Source: Felis catus (Eukaryota). Taken from it: a stretch of DNA of 64,000 bases. The first letter of the stretch is position 1, and every line of letters begins with the position of its first letter. The notes below the pieces were generated by a model. It was not told where the DNA came from. It searched no databases and saw only the letters and a list, made by a program, of their open reading frames with translations. Location of the stretch: contig NC_058368.1 of NCBI RefSeq assembly GCF_018350175.1, positions 8,618,001 through 8,682,000 on the forward strand, given 5' to 3'. Made by a program: the position numbers and the translations under genes. Shown one piece after another: positions 11,761-23,240 of this stretch.

Positions 11761-13119
11761 GAATATGTGAAGGGAGTAACTCTCCTAATTGGCAGATGAT
11801 TTCTCATCACTCCTATAGATGGAGTCCACAGAGAATGATGTCTCTCTTACTTCTTGTCTTAGTCATTATGGGCTGAAGCTGGTACATTCACCTTCCGCTT
11901 TGCCTTTTGGCCTCAAAGATATTTGAGATCATGATTTATCCTTTTCCCTTCTGTATGACTCATGGCAGGATTTAGCTCTTTAATTTTCCTGCATATGCAT
12001 CTTTTGGATAAGAACAGTTTATAAACAACTGTTAAGAGCTGGATGGCTTTTTTCCTACTTCATCCTTCATAAGAATCTTTCTCTTTCTATAATAGGATTA
12101 TTTGAAAATTTTGGCAAGAGGTTTGTTTTGAAACCCAGGCTGAGGCCAGATAAGTTCATGAGGATGCTGGTGTAGATTTGCCGTGTGTATTTACTCAAAG
12201 GTTCAGATTTCTCTTTAATGTTACTGTATGACATTTTTATTTTCGGTTTGGAAGTTAACCTGATTATTGTTCCTGATATTTCTTAGTTGATTGATCTGTC
12301 TAGTACAATCCCAAACCCCGTTGTTGTTTGTGATATTTATTGCTGAGGGGGCCACCAATACTTAGAAATCATATGTAGACACTGCCAGCACTGATAAAGA
12401 TCCTATTTCTGAGCGGGCATTGTGGGTCCATTGTGAGACAATTAGGACTGGTTGAATCTCTTTCTGCATGATGTAATGTATTTTTGTCAAAGTTGGAACA
12501 CGTTGAAACTATGAACTTGGGCAGTTCCTTGAATTGTTTGGATTCAGAGACACTTGAAGAACTAAAAATAACTTCACAGGGCGAGAAATATATCAGGCAT
12601 TTCTTCTTTTGGAAGGAGCTCTATTCATTCTGTCTCCTGATTTTTGGGAAACAGTGTGTCTGGTTCTAGTCCCAGGGGAGTCCGGTGTGAGGGCTCAGAA
12701 CGTGGAGGCCAGTGTCCTCTCTTCCAAGGATCCTGTCCAGTCCTTGTGCTTCCCTGGCCCTAAGAGAGAAGGGCTCGGCACTAAAAAAGGGTGTAGGGAG
12801 CTGAACCAAAGGGGATCATTATAGCTTTAGTGGGATATCCTCAACATAGGACTGAGAAGGCAGGAGGTGGTTATAGCTACACAGATGAGGGCAAAGAGAG
12901 GCTTAGGACACGAAGGTGGCCTGGGTTTGACCGTCAGTCATCTAATGGGACATTAAGCAATTTTATCCCCACCTAGAATGTAAGCTTTGTGCACTAATCG
13001 CCCCACGCAGGTTGAACAGGGATGGATGTAATTCCCACACAAAGCCTAGAAGAGAGCCAGGATATCATGTTGAGTTTCCCCATCCTAACAACAGCTTAGG
13101 CTGGCTTTGGTCTCATAGA

Positions 13120-13246
13120 AAGATCTGAGCTTGGAGCTAGGCATTGTGGATGTTAATCCCAACTTTGTAAAATACGGCCTATGAAATCACCTTGCACTTT
13201 AGTCATTCCAAGTGGAAAATGGGAATAATAATGTAATTTTTCCTGT
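13120..13246 (+). mobile_element. Degenerate MIR
   Basis: GAAAATGGGAATAATAATG core-like segment. Confidence 0.45.
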
Positions 13247-13261
13247 TATGCAGTATAGTTT

Positions 13262-13473
13262 AAATTTTTTTAAAATCTTTATTTATTTTTGAGAGAGAGA
13301 TACAGAGTGCGAGCAGAGGAGGAGCAGAGAGAGAGGGAGACACAGAATCTGAAGCGGGCTCCAGGCTCTGAGCTGTCAGTACAGAGCCCGACACAGGGCT
13401 TGAACTCACGAACCACGAGATCATGACCTGAGCCAAAGTTGGATGCTTAACTGACTGAGCCACCAGGCACCCC
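13262..13473 (-). mobile_element. Felid CanSINE
   Basis: Reverse-complement SINE with TSD TATGCAGTATAGTTT / TATGCAATGTAGTTT. Confidence 0.95.
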
Positions 13474-13505
13474 TATGCAATGTAGTTTTAAAGATGGGCA
13501 TTACA

Positions 13506-13691
13506 GGGGTGCCTGGGTGGCTCATACTGTTAACTGTCCAACTCTTGATTTTAGTTCAGGTCATGATCTCATGGTTCATGGGATTGAGCCCTGCAATGGG
13601 CTTTACACTGACAGCACAGAGCCTGCTTGGGATTTGCTCTCTCTCCCTCTCTCTCTGCCTCTCTCTCTCTTTCTCAAAACAAATAAAATTT
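13506..13691 (+). mobile_element. Older CanSINE (ACTCTTGATTT variant)
   Basis: SINE head and (CT)n, with TSD AAAGATGGGCATTACA / AAAGATGGGCACTGTA. Confidence 0.93.
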
Positions 13692-13707
13692 AAAGATGGG
13701 CACTGTA

Positions 13708-14942
13708 AATTCAAGCTATTGGGATTACACCAAAATTAAAAATTTTTCACAGTGAAGGAAACCGTCAACAAAACAATCTACTGAATGGGAGAAGATATTT
13801 GCAAATGATATATTTGATAAGGGGTTAGTACCCAGAATATATGAAAAACTTCTACAACTCAACTCCAACAAATAATCCAATTAAAAAACGGGCAGAGGAC
13901 CTGAAGAGGCATTTTTCAGAGGAAGTTATACAGATGGCCAACAGACACATGAAAAGATGCTCAACATCACTAACCATCAGGCAAATCCAGGTCATAACCA
14001 CAATGAGATATCACCTCACACCTGTCCAAATGGCCAAAACCCAAAACACAAGAAGCAACAAGTGTTGGTCGGGATGTGGAGAAAAAGTACAGTGTGTGCA
14101 CTGTTGGTGGGAATACGGCTCTTACAGCCACTGTGGAAAAGAGTATGGAGGTTCCTCAAAAACTAAACAGAATTATCATATTATCCAGTAATTTCAGTGC
14201 TAGGTATTCACCCAAAGAAAACAAAACCACTGGGGCACCTGGGTGGCTCAGTCTGTTGAGCAGCCAACTTCAGCTCAGTCATGATCTCACAGTTCATGGG
14301 TTCAAGCCCTGCATCGGGCTCTGTGCTGACACCTCAGAGCCTAGATCCTGCTTTGGATTCTGTCTCTGTCTCCCCCCACTCATATTCTTTCTCTCTCTGT
14401 CTCTCAAAAATAAAGAAAAACATTAAAAAATTTTTTAAAGAAACAAAAACACTAATTTGAAAAGATATATGCACCCCTCTGTTTATTGCAACATTATTTA
14501 CAATAGCCAAGATGTGGAAGCAACCCAAAGGTCTATTGATAGATAAGTGGATACAGAAGGTGTGGAATATATACATACACATGTACATATACACAGTGGA
14601 ATATTACTTGGTCATTAAAGAAGAATAAAATCTTGCCATTTGCAATGATATGGATGGACCTAGACGGTATAATGCTAACTGAAACAAGTCAGTCAACGAA
14701 GGACAAATGCCATATAATTTCAACTTATATGTGGAATTTAAGAATTAAAACAAATGAACAAAGAAACAAAGAGAGAAAAACAGATTTAAATATAGAGAAC
14801 AAACTGGTGGTTACCAGAGAAGAGTTGGGTAAGGAGATAGGTGAAATAGTTGATGGGGATTAAGAATACACATCATGATGAGCATTATACACCTGAAACT
14901 AATATAACACTGTATGTTAATTATTGTTGAATTAAAAAGAAA
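13708..14942 (+). mobile_element. Carnivore L1 3' fragment containing a SINE
   Basis: ORF2 C-terminal remnant ([14 protein letters not shown]...MRYHLTPV...CVHCWWE) and a 3' UTR ending ACACCTGAAACTAATATAACACTGTATGTTAA. Confidence 0.9.
14232..14436 (+). mobile_element. Felid CanSINE nested in L1
   Basis: SINE body with TSD AAAGAAAACAAAACCACT / AAAGAAACAAAAACACT. Confidence 0.92.
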
Positions 14943-16594
14943 AAAAATGGGCACTACAAGAAAAGAAAACTAGGAGCCAATACCCTGATGATGATAGATG
15001 CAAAAATCCTTAACGAAATACTAGCAAATGGAATTCAAGAGCATATAAAAAGATCATACAGCATAATCAACATACCCAACATATGGTTCAACATACCCAA
15101 ATCAATAAATGAGATATACCACATTAACATAATGAAGAATAAAAATTACAAGATTATTTCAATAGATGCAGAAAAAGCATTTGAAAAATTCAACATTCTT
15201 GTGTGATTTAAAACTCTCAACAAATTATAAAAGGAATGTACCTCAACATAATAAAGGCCATGTTTGGCAAGCCCACAGCTGACATCATACTCAGTGGTGA
15301 AAAGTTAAAAGCCTTTCCTTTAAGATCACGAACAAGACAAGGATGCCCCCTGTTGCCATTTCTATTCAACTTAGTACTGAAAGTCCTAGCCATGGTAATT
15401 AGGCAAGAAAAAGAAATAAAAGGTATCCAAATTAGAAAGGAAGAAGTAAAATTATCTATTTGCAGGGCTCGTACAGAAAGCCCTGAAGACTTCACTAAAA
15501 AGCTGTTAGAACTAATGAATGAATTTAGTAAAATTACCATATACAAAATCAACATAGAAAAACCAGGTGCATTTTTACAAACTAAGAACAAACTATTCCT
15601 CAAAGAAAAACCAAGAAACCAAACCCATTTACAACACCACCAAAACCAGTAAAACACTTTTTAAATGAAATGTAACCAGTTTATTTAACCAAGGAGATGA
15701 AAGAACTGTACACTGAAAACTTACAAGACATTGATGAAAGAAATTGTAGAAGACACAAATAAATGGAAAGATATTCCATGTTCGTGAATTGGAAGAATTA
15801 ATATTATGAAAATGTCCATGCTACCCAAAGCGATCCATAGATTTAATCTAATCTCTATCAAAATCCAATGACATTTTTGTTAGAAACAGAAAAAACTACC
15901 TAAAACTTGTATGGAACCACAAAAGACCCCAAATAGCCAATGCAGTGTTGAGAGAGAAGAACAAAGCTGGAGGCTTTACGCTTCCTGATTTCAAACTACA
16001 TTACAAAGCTATAGCAGCAATAAACATAGTATGTTAATGGCATAAAACAGACACTCATGCATATATTATCAATTAATTTAGGGCATAGGAGCCAAGAATA
16101 TACAATGGGGAAAGGATAGTTTCTTCAGTAAATGGTGTTGGAGAAATTGGACCCCTATCTTACACCATACACAAAACTCAACTCAAAGTGGATTAAAGAC
16201 TTGAGTTTTATGACTGTCTTAAGTGTAAGACAACAAAAGAAAAAAATAAACAAGTGGTTATATATCAAAGTAAAAAAAAAAACTTCTGCATAGCAGAGGA
16301 AACTATCAACAAAATTAAAAGTCAGCCTATGGAACATATTTGGAACTGCATGTCTGATGAGGGGTTAATATCCAAAATATGTATGGAACTCCTACAACTC
16401 AATCACAAAAAAACAGAAACCCAATTGAAAAATGGACAAAGAATCTGAGCAGACATTTTTGTAAAGAAGACATAGAGATGACCAACAGGTACATGAAAAG
16501 GTGGTAAACATCATTAATCAGGTTAATACAACCAGAACCACAATGAGTTATCACCTCACACCTATCAGGATGACTATTATCAAATAAGACAAGA

Positions 16595-16760
16595 GGGGCA
16601 CCTGGGTGGCTCAGTTGGTTAAGCTCAGGTCATGATCTCACAGTTTGTGGTATCGAGCCCTGTGTCTGGCTGTGTGCTGACAGCCCAGAGCCTGCTTGGG
16701 ATTCTCCCTCCCTCCCTCTCTGTACTCCCCCCTCAAAATAAATAAACATTTCTAAAAAAG
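16595..16760 (+). mobile_element. CanSINE with short internal deletion, nested in L1
   Basis: GGGGCACCTGGGTGGCTCAGTTGGTTAAG joined directly to CTCAGGTCATGATC. Confidence 0.88.
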
Positions 16761-17060
16761 GGTAAGAGATGACTAATGCTGGTGAGCATGTGCAGAAAAA
16801 GGATCCCTTGTGGGCTATTGATGGGAATATAAACTGGTAACAGCCACTAAGGAAAAAGTACAGATGTTCCTCAAGAAATTAAAAATAGAACTATCATTTG
16901 ATTTAACAATCCTACTTTGGGTATATAGCCAAAGGAAATGAAAACAGAATATCAAAGAGATATCTGCACTCCCATGTTCATTAGAGAACTATTTACAATA
17001 GCCAAGATATGGAAACAACCTAAGTGTCCATCAACAGATGAACGGATAAAGAAATGTGAT

Positions 17061-17063
<3 letters not shown>

Positions 17064-17106
<43 letters not shown>
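17064..17106. repeat. (CA)n microsatellite
   Basis: About 21 perfect units. Confidence 0.97.
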
Positions 17107-17108
<2 letters not shown>

Positions 17109-17470
17109 CAAACAATGAAATGCTTCACCCACAAAAAGGAAGGAAATTCTGCCATTTTTGACAACATGGATAAGCATGGCCGACATTATGCTAAGTAAAA
17201 TATGCCAGACAGAGAAAGACAAATACTGTATGATTTTACTTATATGTGGGATCTAAGAGAACGGAGAATGTCAATTTCATAAAAACAGAATAGAATGGTA
17301 GTTGCCAGGGACTTGGGAGAGGGGGGATATGGGGAGATGCAGGTCACAGGGTACAAACTCTCAGTTATAAGAAGAATAAGTTCTGAGAATCTAAAGAGTG
17401 ACTATAGTTATTAATATGGTATTGTATGCTTCAAAGTTGCTGAGAGTAGATCTTAAGCATCCTCAACCAC

Positions 17471-17599
17471 AGAAAGAAGGAAGGAAGGAAGGAAGGAAGG
17501 AAGGAAGGAAAGAAAGAAAAAAAGAAAGAAAGGAAAGGAAGAGAAAAAGAAAAAGAAAAAGAGAAAGAAAGAAAAGGAAAGAAAAGAAAAGAAAAAGAG
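17471..17599. repeat. Purine-only (GAAG)n/(GAAA)n/(GAAAA)n compound repeat
   Basis: 129 consecutive purines. Confidence 0.95.
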
Positions 17600-17751
17600 T
17601 TAACTGTGTGAGGGGACAGATGTGCTAATAATCTTGGTCTTGGTAATCATTCCATGATGTATACATACATCCCATCATTGCATTATACCCTTTATATACA
17701 ATTATATTTGTCATTTATTCCTCAATGAAACTGGGGGAAAAACATTAATAT

Positions 17752-18330
17752 ATTCAACAAATGCTTTTAGGAGCTATTTGCTCTATGCCATATGCTTTGC
17801 CCAGCTAGAGATAGCAACCTGAAGAGGCCTTATCCCCACTTTCTGAGAACTGCAGTCTGGTGGGGAGATCAACAATGAAGCAGACGTCTGTAAGATGCTA
17901 TAATGGAAGTCTGTACTGAGAAAGCGAGCCTGTTGAAAAAGTACATAGTTTGCTTGGGATGTCAGAAAGGTAGTGGAGGAAGAGGAGACAAGCTTGGAAG
18001 AACAGCAAAATTTATCAGATGGGACAGAGAGAACAGCAGTGTGAATTCACAGAGGCCTGATGTGTGGGAAGCCAGAAGGACCAGATCCTGAAGGGCTCAC
18101 TGCCATGCAAGGCATTCAGCACTAGAGGCAACGAAAGGAGGCAATGGTGACCGTGGAAGGTTCGGCATGGGGTGACTCAGAGTTGTGAGTTAAAGAAGAG
18201 CACAGGAGTGACAGTTTGGGGAGTGGGTTGGGGAAGGTGAAACCACAGGAGAGGAGACCAGAAGGGAGCCAGGGATGGGTGGCAGGTGCCATTACTGGGC
18301 AGTGGCCGGATGCAGGAGAAGGGCGAGGTC
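17752..18330 (-). mobile_element. Degenerate L2
   Basis: ATTCAACAAATG...CTATGCCA..GCAGTCTGGTGGGGAGA pattern of an antisense L2 3' region. Confidence 0.6.
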
Positions 18331-18462
18331 TAAGAGGACTGTGGTGTTAGCACACTTTCTCAGTTGTAGAGTACCCTAGAATGTCGGGATAAAACCAGGT
18401 ATCATTGCATGTACATGAACTCTCGATACTGTTGATTTTTTAAAATATCCTTAATACCTTTT

Positions 18463-19087
18463 TTCTTCCATTCACAACTTGGCTGATGTTTGGTGCAAGA
18501 GACTTAGCTTTCAGCCTATCTTGGCTTTCAACCTGCCTTCCTCGCTAAGCTCAGTCGTTTCTAGCTTTTCATTTAAAGTAAGAAAGTGCACCTCTTTTTT
18601 TTTTTCACTTGAGCACTTAGAGGTCATTGTAGGGTTATTCATTGGCCTAATTTCAATATTGTGTCTCAGTGAACAGGGAGGCCTGAGGAGAGGGAGAGAA
18701 AAGGGGGAACAGCCAGTTGATGGAGCAGTCAGAACCCACACATCGTTTATTGCCTAATTTCACCTTCTTATATTGATGCTTTCGTGGTGCCCCCAAAGCA
18801 GTTAGAGAGGTAACATCAAAGATCACTAATCACAGATCACCATTACAAATCATAACGGAAGAGTCTGAAACATTGCAAGAAATACCAAAATGTGACACAG
18901 AGACACAGAGTGAGCAAATAAATGCCGTTTGATAACATGGCACCAATAGACTTGCTCTATGGAGGGTTGTCACAGACCTTCAATTGTAAAACAAAGAAAC
19001 AAAAACAAAACAGACCAAAAAAATGCAATATCTGCAAAGCGCAATTAAAAAAAAAAAAATGAAACGCAATAAAACGAAGCATGCCTG
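18463..19087 (-). mobile_element. Tigger1 (pogo/Tc1-mariner) 5' part
   Basis: Minus strand begins TA|CAGGCATGCTTCGTTTTATTGCG, a Tigger1-like TIR with TA target. Translation MTSKCSSEKKKEVHFLTLNEKLETTELSEEGRLKAKIG resembles the Tigger1 transposase N-terminus. Confidence 0.92.
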
Positions 19088-19219
19088 TATGTAGTCCGTG
19101 TGTCCACGGTCTCTCGCCCTAGAATACCCGTGTTTGGCAGACAGATCACAGAACACTGTTGGGGAAGAAGCTGCACTTTTGTTTTCAGTAAAAAGGCAGA
19201 CGTCAAGCTCTTGGACAAG

Positions 19220-19592
19220 GATCATAGCAGCCAGAGTGATCATTTTTAATACATTTGAGTCAGATCAAGTTCTCCTCCACTCTCAGATACCAAGAGTTTC
19301 TTCATTCAGAGTCAAGCCAGAGTCCCAGTTGAAATGGCCGCCATGTTATGGGGCCCTCCTCCTCCCTGAGTGTCTTTCTTGCTCACTCTGCTTTTTACCA
19401 TTCAGCCTCCTTGCTGTTTGTTTTGCCCACATGTCAGGTTCATCCCTGCTTGAAGCCTCCCAAGCTCTTCCCCCCCAGACCTTCAGTTCCTATTTCCAGC
19501 CTTTGTCAAATTGTCAAATTACTGATGTATCCCAAGGGCCTGTGACAGCATGTGGCACGTACTAGGCCCTCAAATAGATGCTGAATGGAATT
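19220..19592 (+). mobile_element. L2 3' fragment
   Basis: GCAGCCAGAGTGATC...TCAGATCA and TGGCACGTACTAGGCCCTCAAATAGATGCTGAATG. Confidence 0.7.
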
Positions 19593-19719
19593 CACTAAGG
19601 ACTCGATGTGTCTGCCTTTATGATATTCCTTGTATGTTTCATGGGGATGCCATGAACAGAAAAGCATGGTGTTATTTCAGAGCCCTCAAAGCCCCAGGTT
19701 ATAATCTTACAGCTTAAGT

Positions 19720-19910
19720 AATAGTAACAATAACAGCACAGTTGATAGCAACATTGGCATTGAGCTCTAATCATTTTCCAGTCGTGGAAGTAGCTATTGT
19801 TATCCCTATTTTATACACAAGGGAAGCTGAGGCCTATAAAGTTTGGAAAATTAACAGAGTATGGTTTTGAACCCAAGTCGTATGGACTCGAAAGCCCAGT
19901 TTTGACCAGT
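19720..19910 (-). mobile_element. MIR
   Basis: TATTGTTATCCCTATTTTATAC..GGGAAGCTGAGGC and TTTGAACCCAAGTC. Confidence 0.7.
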
Positions 19911-20419
19911 ATATGCCTCCTGCCCTGGGTTGATGTTACCCCTGAGTCAGCAGGCAGTGCTGCGGGTGGAGCTCAACTAGCAAGATAGGGGCACAGATGC
20001 TGGCTCAGGTCAGGACGACCTGATGTGGCCGGACCCACTGCCTCCATGGCCATGGCGGCAGGGCAGAGAGGGATCTTTCCAAGGGACCTAAGCCATCTTG
20101 CGGCATCTGTAGGACACATAGCCTCAAGGGTGGGGTCCAAACTCTCTGGCAGCTCCAGGGAGCGGGGTGGGGGTGGGAGGGAGTTGCTCTGAAAGTTGCC
20201 TGTCTTCACTCTTTAGCCAGAGAAGCCTGGCTCCCCACTCACCTCCCACTTGCTTGACCATCCCTCTCCATGACTGTAAACAAAGTTTGTTTTTCTTACT
20301 TCACCACAAAAGCAATACATGTTCACGTGGAGACTTTGGAAAATACCAGTGTGCGCCCAGTACAAAATAAAATCCTCCATAGTTCTCCGATCCAGAGATG
20401 TTGATGATGAACAGAATGA

Positions 20420-20645
20420 TTACAGCTACTATTTGTGGAGCACTTACTGTGTTCTAAATGCTGCACCGAGCACCGGATGCAGATTTTCTCATTTTAAGAA
20501 TCCTCCCCACAAGCCTGTGAGGTAGGAATCGTTTCCTCCACTTTACTGCTGAGAAAATGAGGCAGGGAGCAGTTATGTGACCTCCCAAGACTACACTCCT
20601 GGTCAGTCGTACAGTGAGGTTTCAGCCAAATCTTAAAGTGACTCC
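20420..20645 (-). mobile_element. MIR
   Basis: GAGCACTTACTGTG, AATCCTC..ACAAGCCTGTGAGGTAGG and TGAGAAAATGAGGCA. Confidence 0.8.
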
Positions 20646-20701
20646 AGAACATGTATTTTGTATGTACGTGTGTGTGGATACTTTTAAAATACAAATCTGT
20701 A

Positions 20702-20943
20702 GGGGCGCCTGGGTGGCTCAGTCAGTTAAGTGTCCGACTTTGGCTCAGGTCACGATCTCGTGGTTCGTGAGTTCGAGCCCCGCGGTCGGGCTCTGTGCTG
20801 ACAGCTCGGAGCCTGGAGCCTGCTTTGGATTCTGTGTCTCCCTCTCTCTCTGGCCCTTCCCGTCTCGAGCTCTGTCTCTCTCTCTCCCTCTCTCTCTCTC
20901 TCTTGAAAATAAATAAAACATTAAAAAAATTTTTTTAATTAAA
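20702..20943 (+). mobile_element. Felid CanSINE
   Basis: Full-length, with TSD AAAATACAAATCTGTA / AAAATACAAATCTATA. Confidence 0.96.
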
Positions 20944-21029
20944 AAAATACAAATCTATAAATGTAAACTTCATAATTTAAACACAAGATTAGCAGGACTA
21001 ACAAAAATGAATTGGTGGGTGGCTGTGGC

Positions 21030-21200
21030 AGTGACTAATGAATGCAGGGTTTCTTTTCGGGACCATGAAATGTTCTAAAAGTAGGTTATGGTGATAGCCG
21101 TGAAACTCTGAAAATATACTAAAAACCATTGAAGTTTTCTATTTAAGTGGGTAAAGTTTATGGTATATAAACTGTATCTCAATAAAGGTGTTTAAAAAAA
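21030..21200 (+). mobile_element. Old L1 (L1MB-like) extreme 3' end
   Basis: ATGAAATGTTCTAAAA...ATATACTAAAAACCATTGAA...TATCTCAATAAAG. Confidence 0.75.
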
Positions 21201-21497
21201 ACTCAGCCAAGTCAACACAAATCCCTTAAAAACTAAATGCATAGCAGTGTTTCTGGAAATGAGCCAAAAGCCTATGAATAATATTTTGGAATAAGATTGA
21301 AAAATGATCAAAGTCATGTAAAAAGTGAAGATTAAGGTGGTAGTAAGATGATAATAATAAGTGTCAGAGCCATTTAATTTATAAAATAGAGAAAGGGCAC
21401 CCCAACTATTTTGGAAACTGATTTTCTCCTTCCTTTCAACCCCATTGATATGTAGTAAAATATTTATCCATATGAATAATAGCTACCAAAGAACTTT

Positions 21498-21715
21498 AAA
21501 AAATATTTTTTTTAACATTTATTCATTTTTGAGAGATAGAGACAGAGTGTGAGTGGGGGAGGAGCAGAGAGAGAGGGAGACACAGAATCCAAAGCAGGCT
21601 CCAGGCTCTGAGCCGTCAGCACAGAGCCTGATGGGGGGCTCAAATTCATGAACCTGTGAGATCATGACCTGAGCTGAAGTTGGTCGCTTAACCGACTGAG
21701 TCACCCAGGCACCCC
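21498..21715 (-). mobile_element. Felid CanSINE
   Basis: TSD A(G/A)CTACCAAAGAACTTT at 21481-21497 and 21716-21732. Confidence 0.96.
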
Positions 21716-21819
21716 AACTACCAAAGAACTTTTAACAGATGCATAATATTTACCAAGTAGATGGAGCCATTCTAGTTGTAGATTTAGGCCATATCCAATT
21801 TCTTCCTGCTCTTTTTTTG

Positions 21820-21980
21820 CTGATATTTATTGAGCGATTCCTATGTGCCTGGTCTTATGCTGGTACTTCCTGTGTGTTGTCTCATATAAGCTGTATACAC
21901 AGACAATCCTACTGAGAGAGGTTCTTTTATTATAACCCATCTTGCAAGTGAGAAAACCCAAGCACAAAGCCCATGACCAT
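21820..21980 (-). mobile_element. MIR
   Basis: ATTTATTGAGCG..CTATGTGCCTGG and CCCATCTTGCAAGTGAGAAAAC. Confidence 0.7.
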
Positions 21981-22381
21981 ACATTAATATTTTTTCCTTC
22001 TTGGATTTCATGGTGGGGTAATGCTCAGAAAGCTCTTTTCTAAATCATTCACCTCTGTTTTCTCCTAGCATTTTGCATTCTTTACATTTAAAATTCCAAG
22101 CTCTCTAGAATGTCAGAGCACAATTAGGCAAGACTCTAACTTTAATTTATAATAAATGATTGGCCAGTGGTTCTAAAACAGCATGTAAAATAATCTGTTC
22201 CTCCTCTACTGATTCAAGTAGAATATAGTCACCATCATTATGAGATATATAGAATATAGTCATATGTCTATAGACATATAGAATATAGTCATCATCATTA
22301 TGACTATATTCTTACATCAATTAACACATACTTATTGATTATGATGTTCTTGTTTTAGTAACATATTTTTTTATTTCTTAA

Positions 22382-22612
22382 GGGGCACCTGGGTGGCTCA
22401 GTTGGTTAAGCGTCCGACTTAGGCTCAGGTCACGATCTCACTGTTCATGAGTTTGAGCCCCGCATCGGGCTCTGTGCTGACAGCTCAGAGCCTGGAGCCT
22501 GCTTTGAATTCTGTGTCTCTCTCTCTGTCTGCCCCTCCCCTGCTTGCGCGCTCTCTCTCTTTCTTTCTCTCTCTCTCTCTCAAAAATAAATAAATATTTT
22601 TAAAAAAACAGA
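22382..22612 (+). mobile_element. Felid CanSINE
   Basis: Full SINE body, (CT)n and A tail. Confidence 0.95.
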
Positions 22613-22704
22613 AAAAGTTTGGTGATTTTCATTAACCTAATATTATATTTCACGTTATGCCAGATTGTGTTTAAATTTTACTAGCAGATAAGGTGACAAT
22701 GTTT

Positions 22705-22878
22705 TTTTTTCTCTTTTAGTTTTTATTTTAATTCCATTGGTTAACATAGTGTTATGCTAGTTTCAGGTATACAATATAGTGATTCAACCCTTCCACATAT
22801 CACCTAGTGGTCATCACGTCAGGTGCTCTCCTTAATCCCCATCACCTATTCTACCCATCCCCCCATCTTCCTCCCCTT
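22705..22878 (-). mobile_element. Carnivore L1 3' end
   Basis: T tract, then GTTTCAGGTATACAATATAGTGATTCAAC...CTCCTTAATCCCCATCACCTATT. Confidence 0.8.
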
Positions 22879-23009
22879 TGACTGTGGTGTTCTTACTGAG
22901 TTAGTCTTACTTGAATTGAGGCAAGGATATTTGTACACTTCTATTTTCTTGTTCTCTTCACTCCACGTCTTGGTCTTTGTGGTTTAAGATCTAGGTAATA
23001 ATTACTTTT

Positions 23010-23240
23010 GTTTATTTTTAAATTTTTAATGTTTATTTTTGAGACAGAGAGAGGGAGAGACAGAGGGCAAATGGGGGAGAGGCAGAGAGAGAGGGAGACA
23101 CAGAATCCCAAGCAGGCTCCAGGCTCTGAGCTGTCAGCACAGAACCCGATGCGGGGCTCAAACTCACAAACCTTGAGATCATGACCTGAGCTGAAGTCAG
23201 ACACTTAACCACTTAACAGACTGAGCCACCCAAGTGCCCC
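23010..23240 (-). mobile_element. Felid CanSINE
   Basis: TSD T(A/C)GGTAATAATTACTTTT at 22992-23009 and 23241-23258. Confidence 0.96.

Larger units (their letters stand above)
14959..17738 (+). mobile_element. Older L1 (L1MA-like) ORF2 RT-to-3' UTR fragment, degenerate
   Basis: [16 protein letters not shown] and [21 protein letters not shown] remnants, followed by an L1MA-type 3' UTR. Confidence 0.9.

Noticed and set aside
19098..19565. 155-aa ORF
   Set aside because: It overlaps an L2 remnant, has a non-ATG start and shows no recognisable domain.
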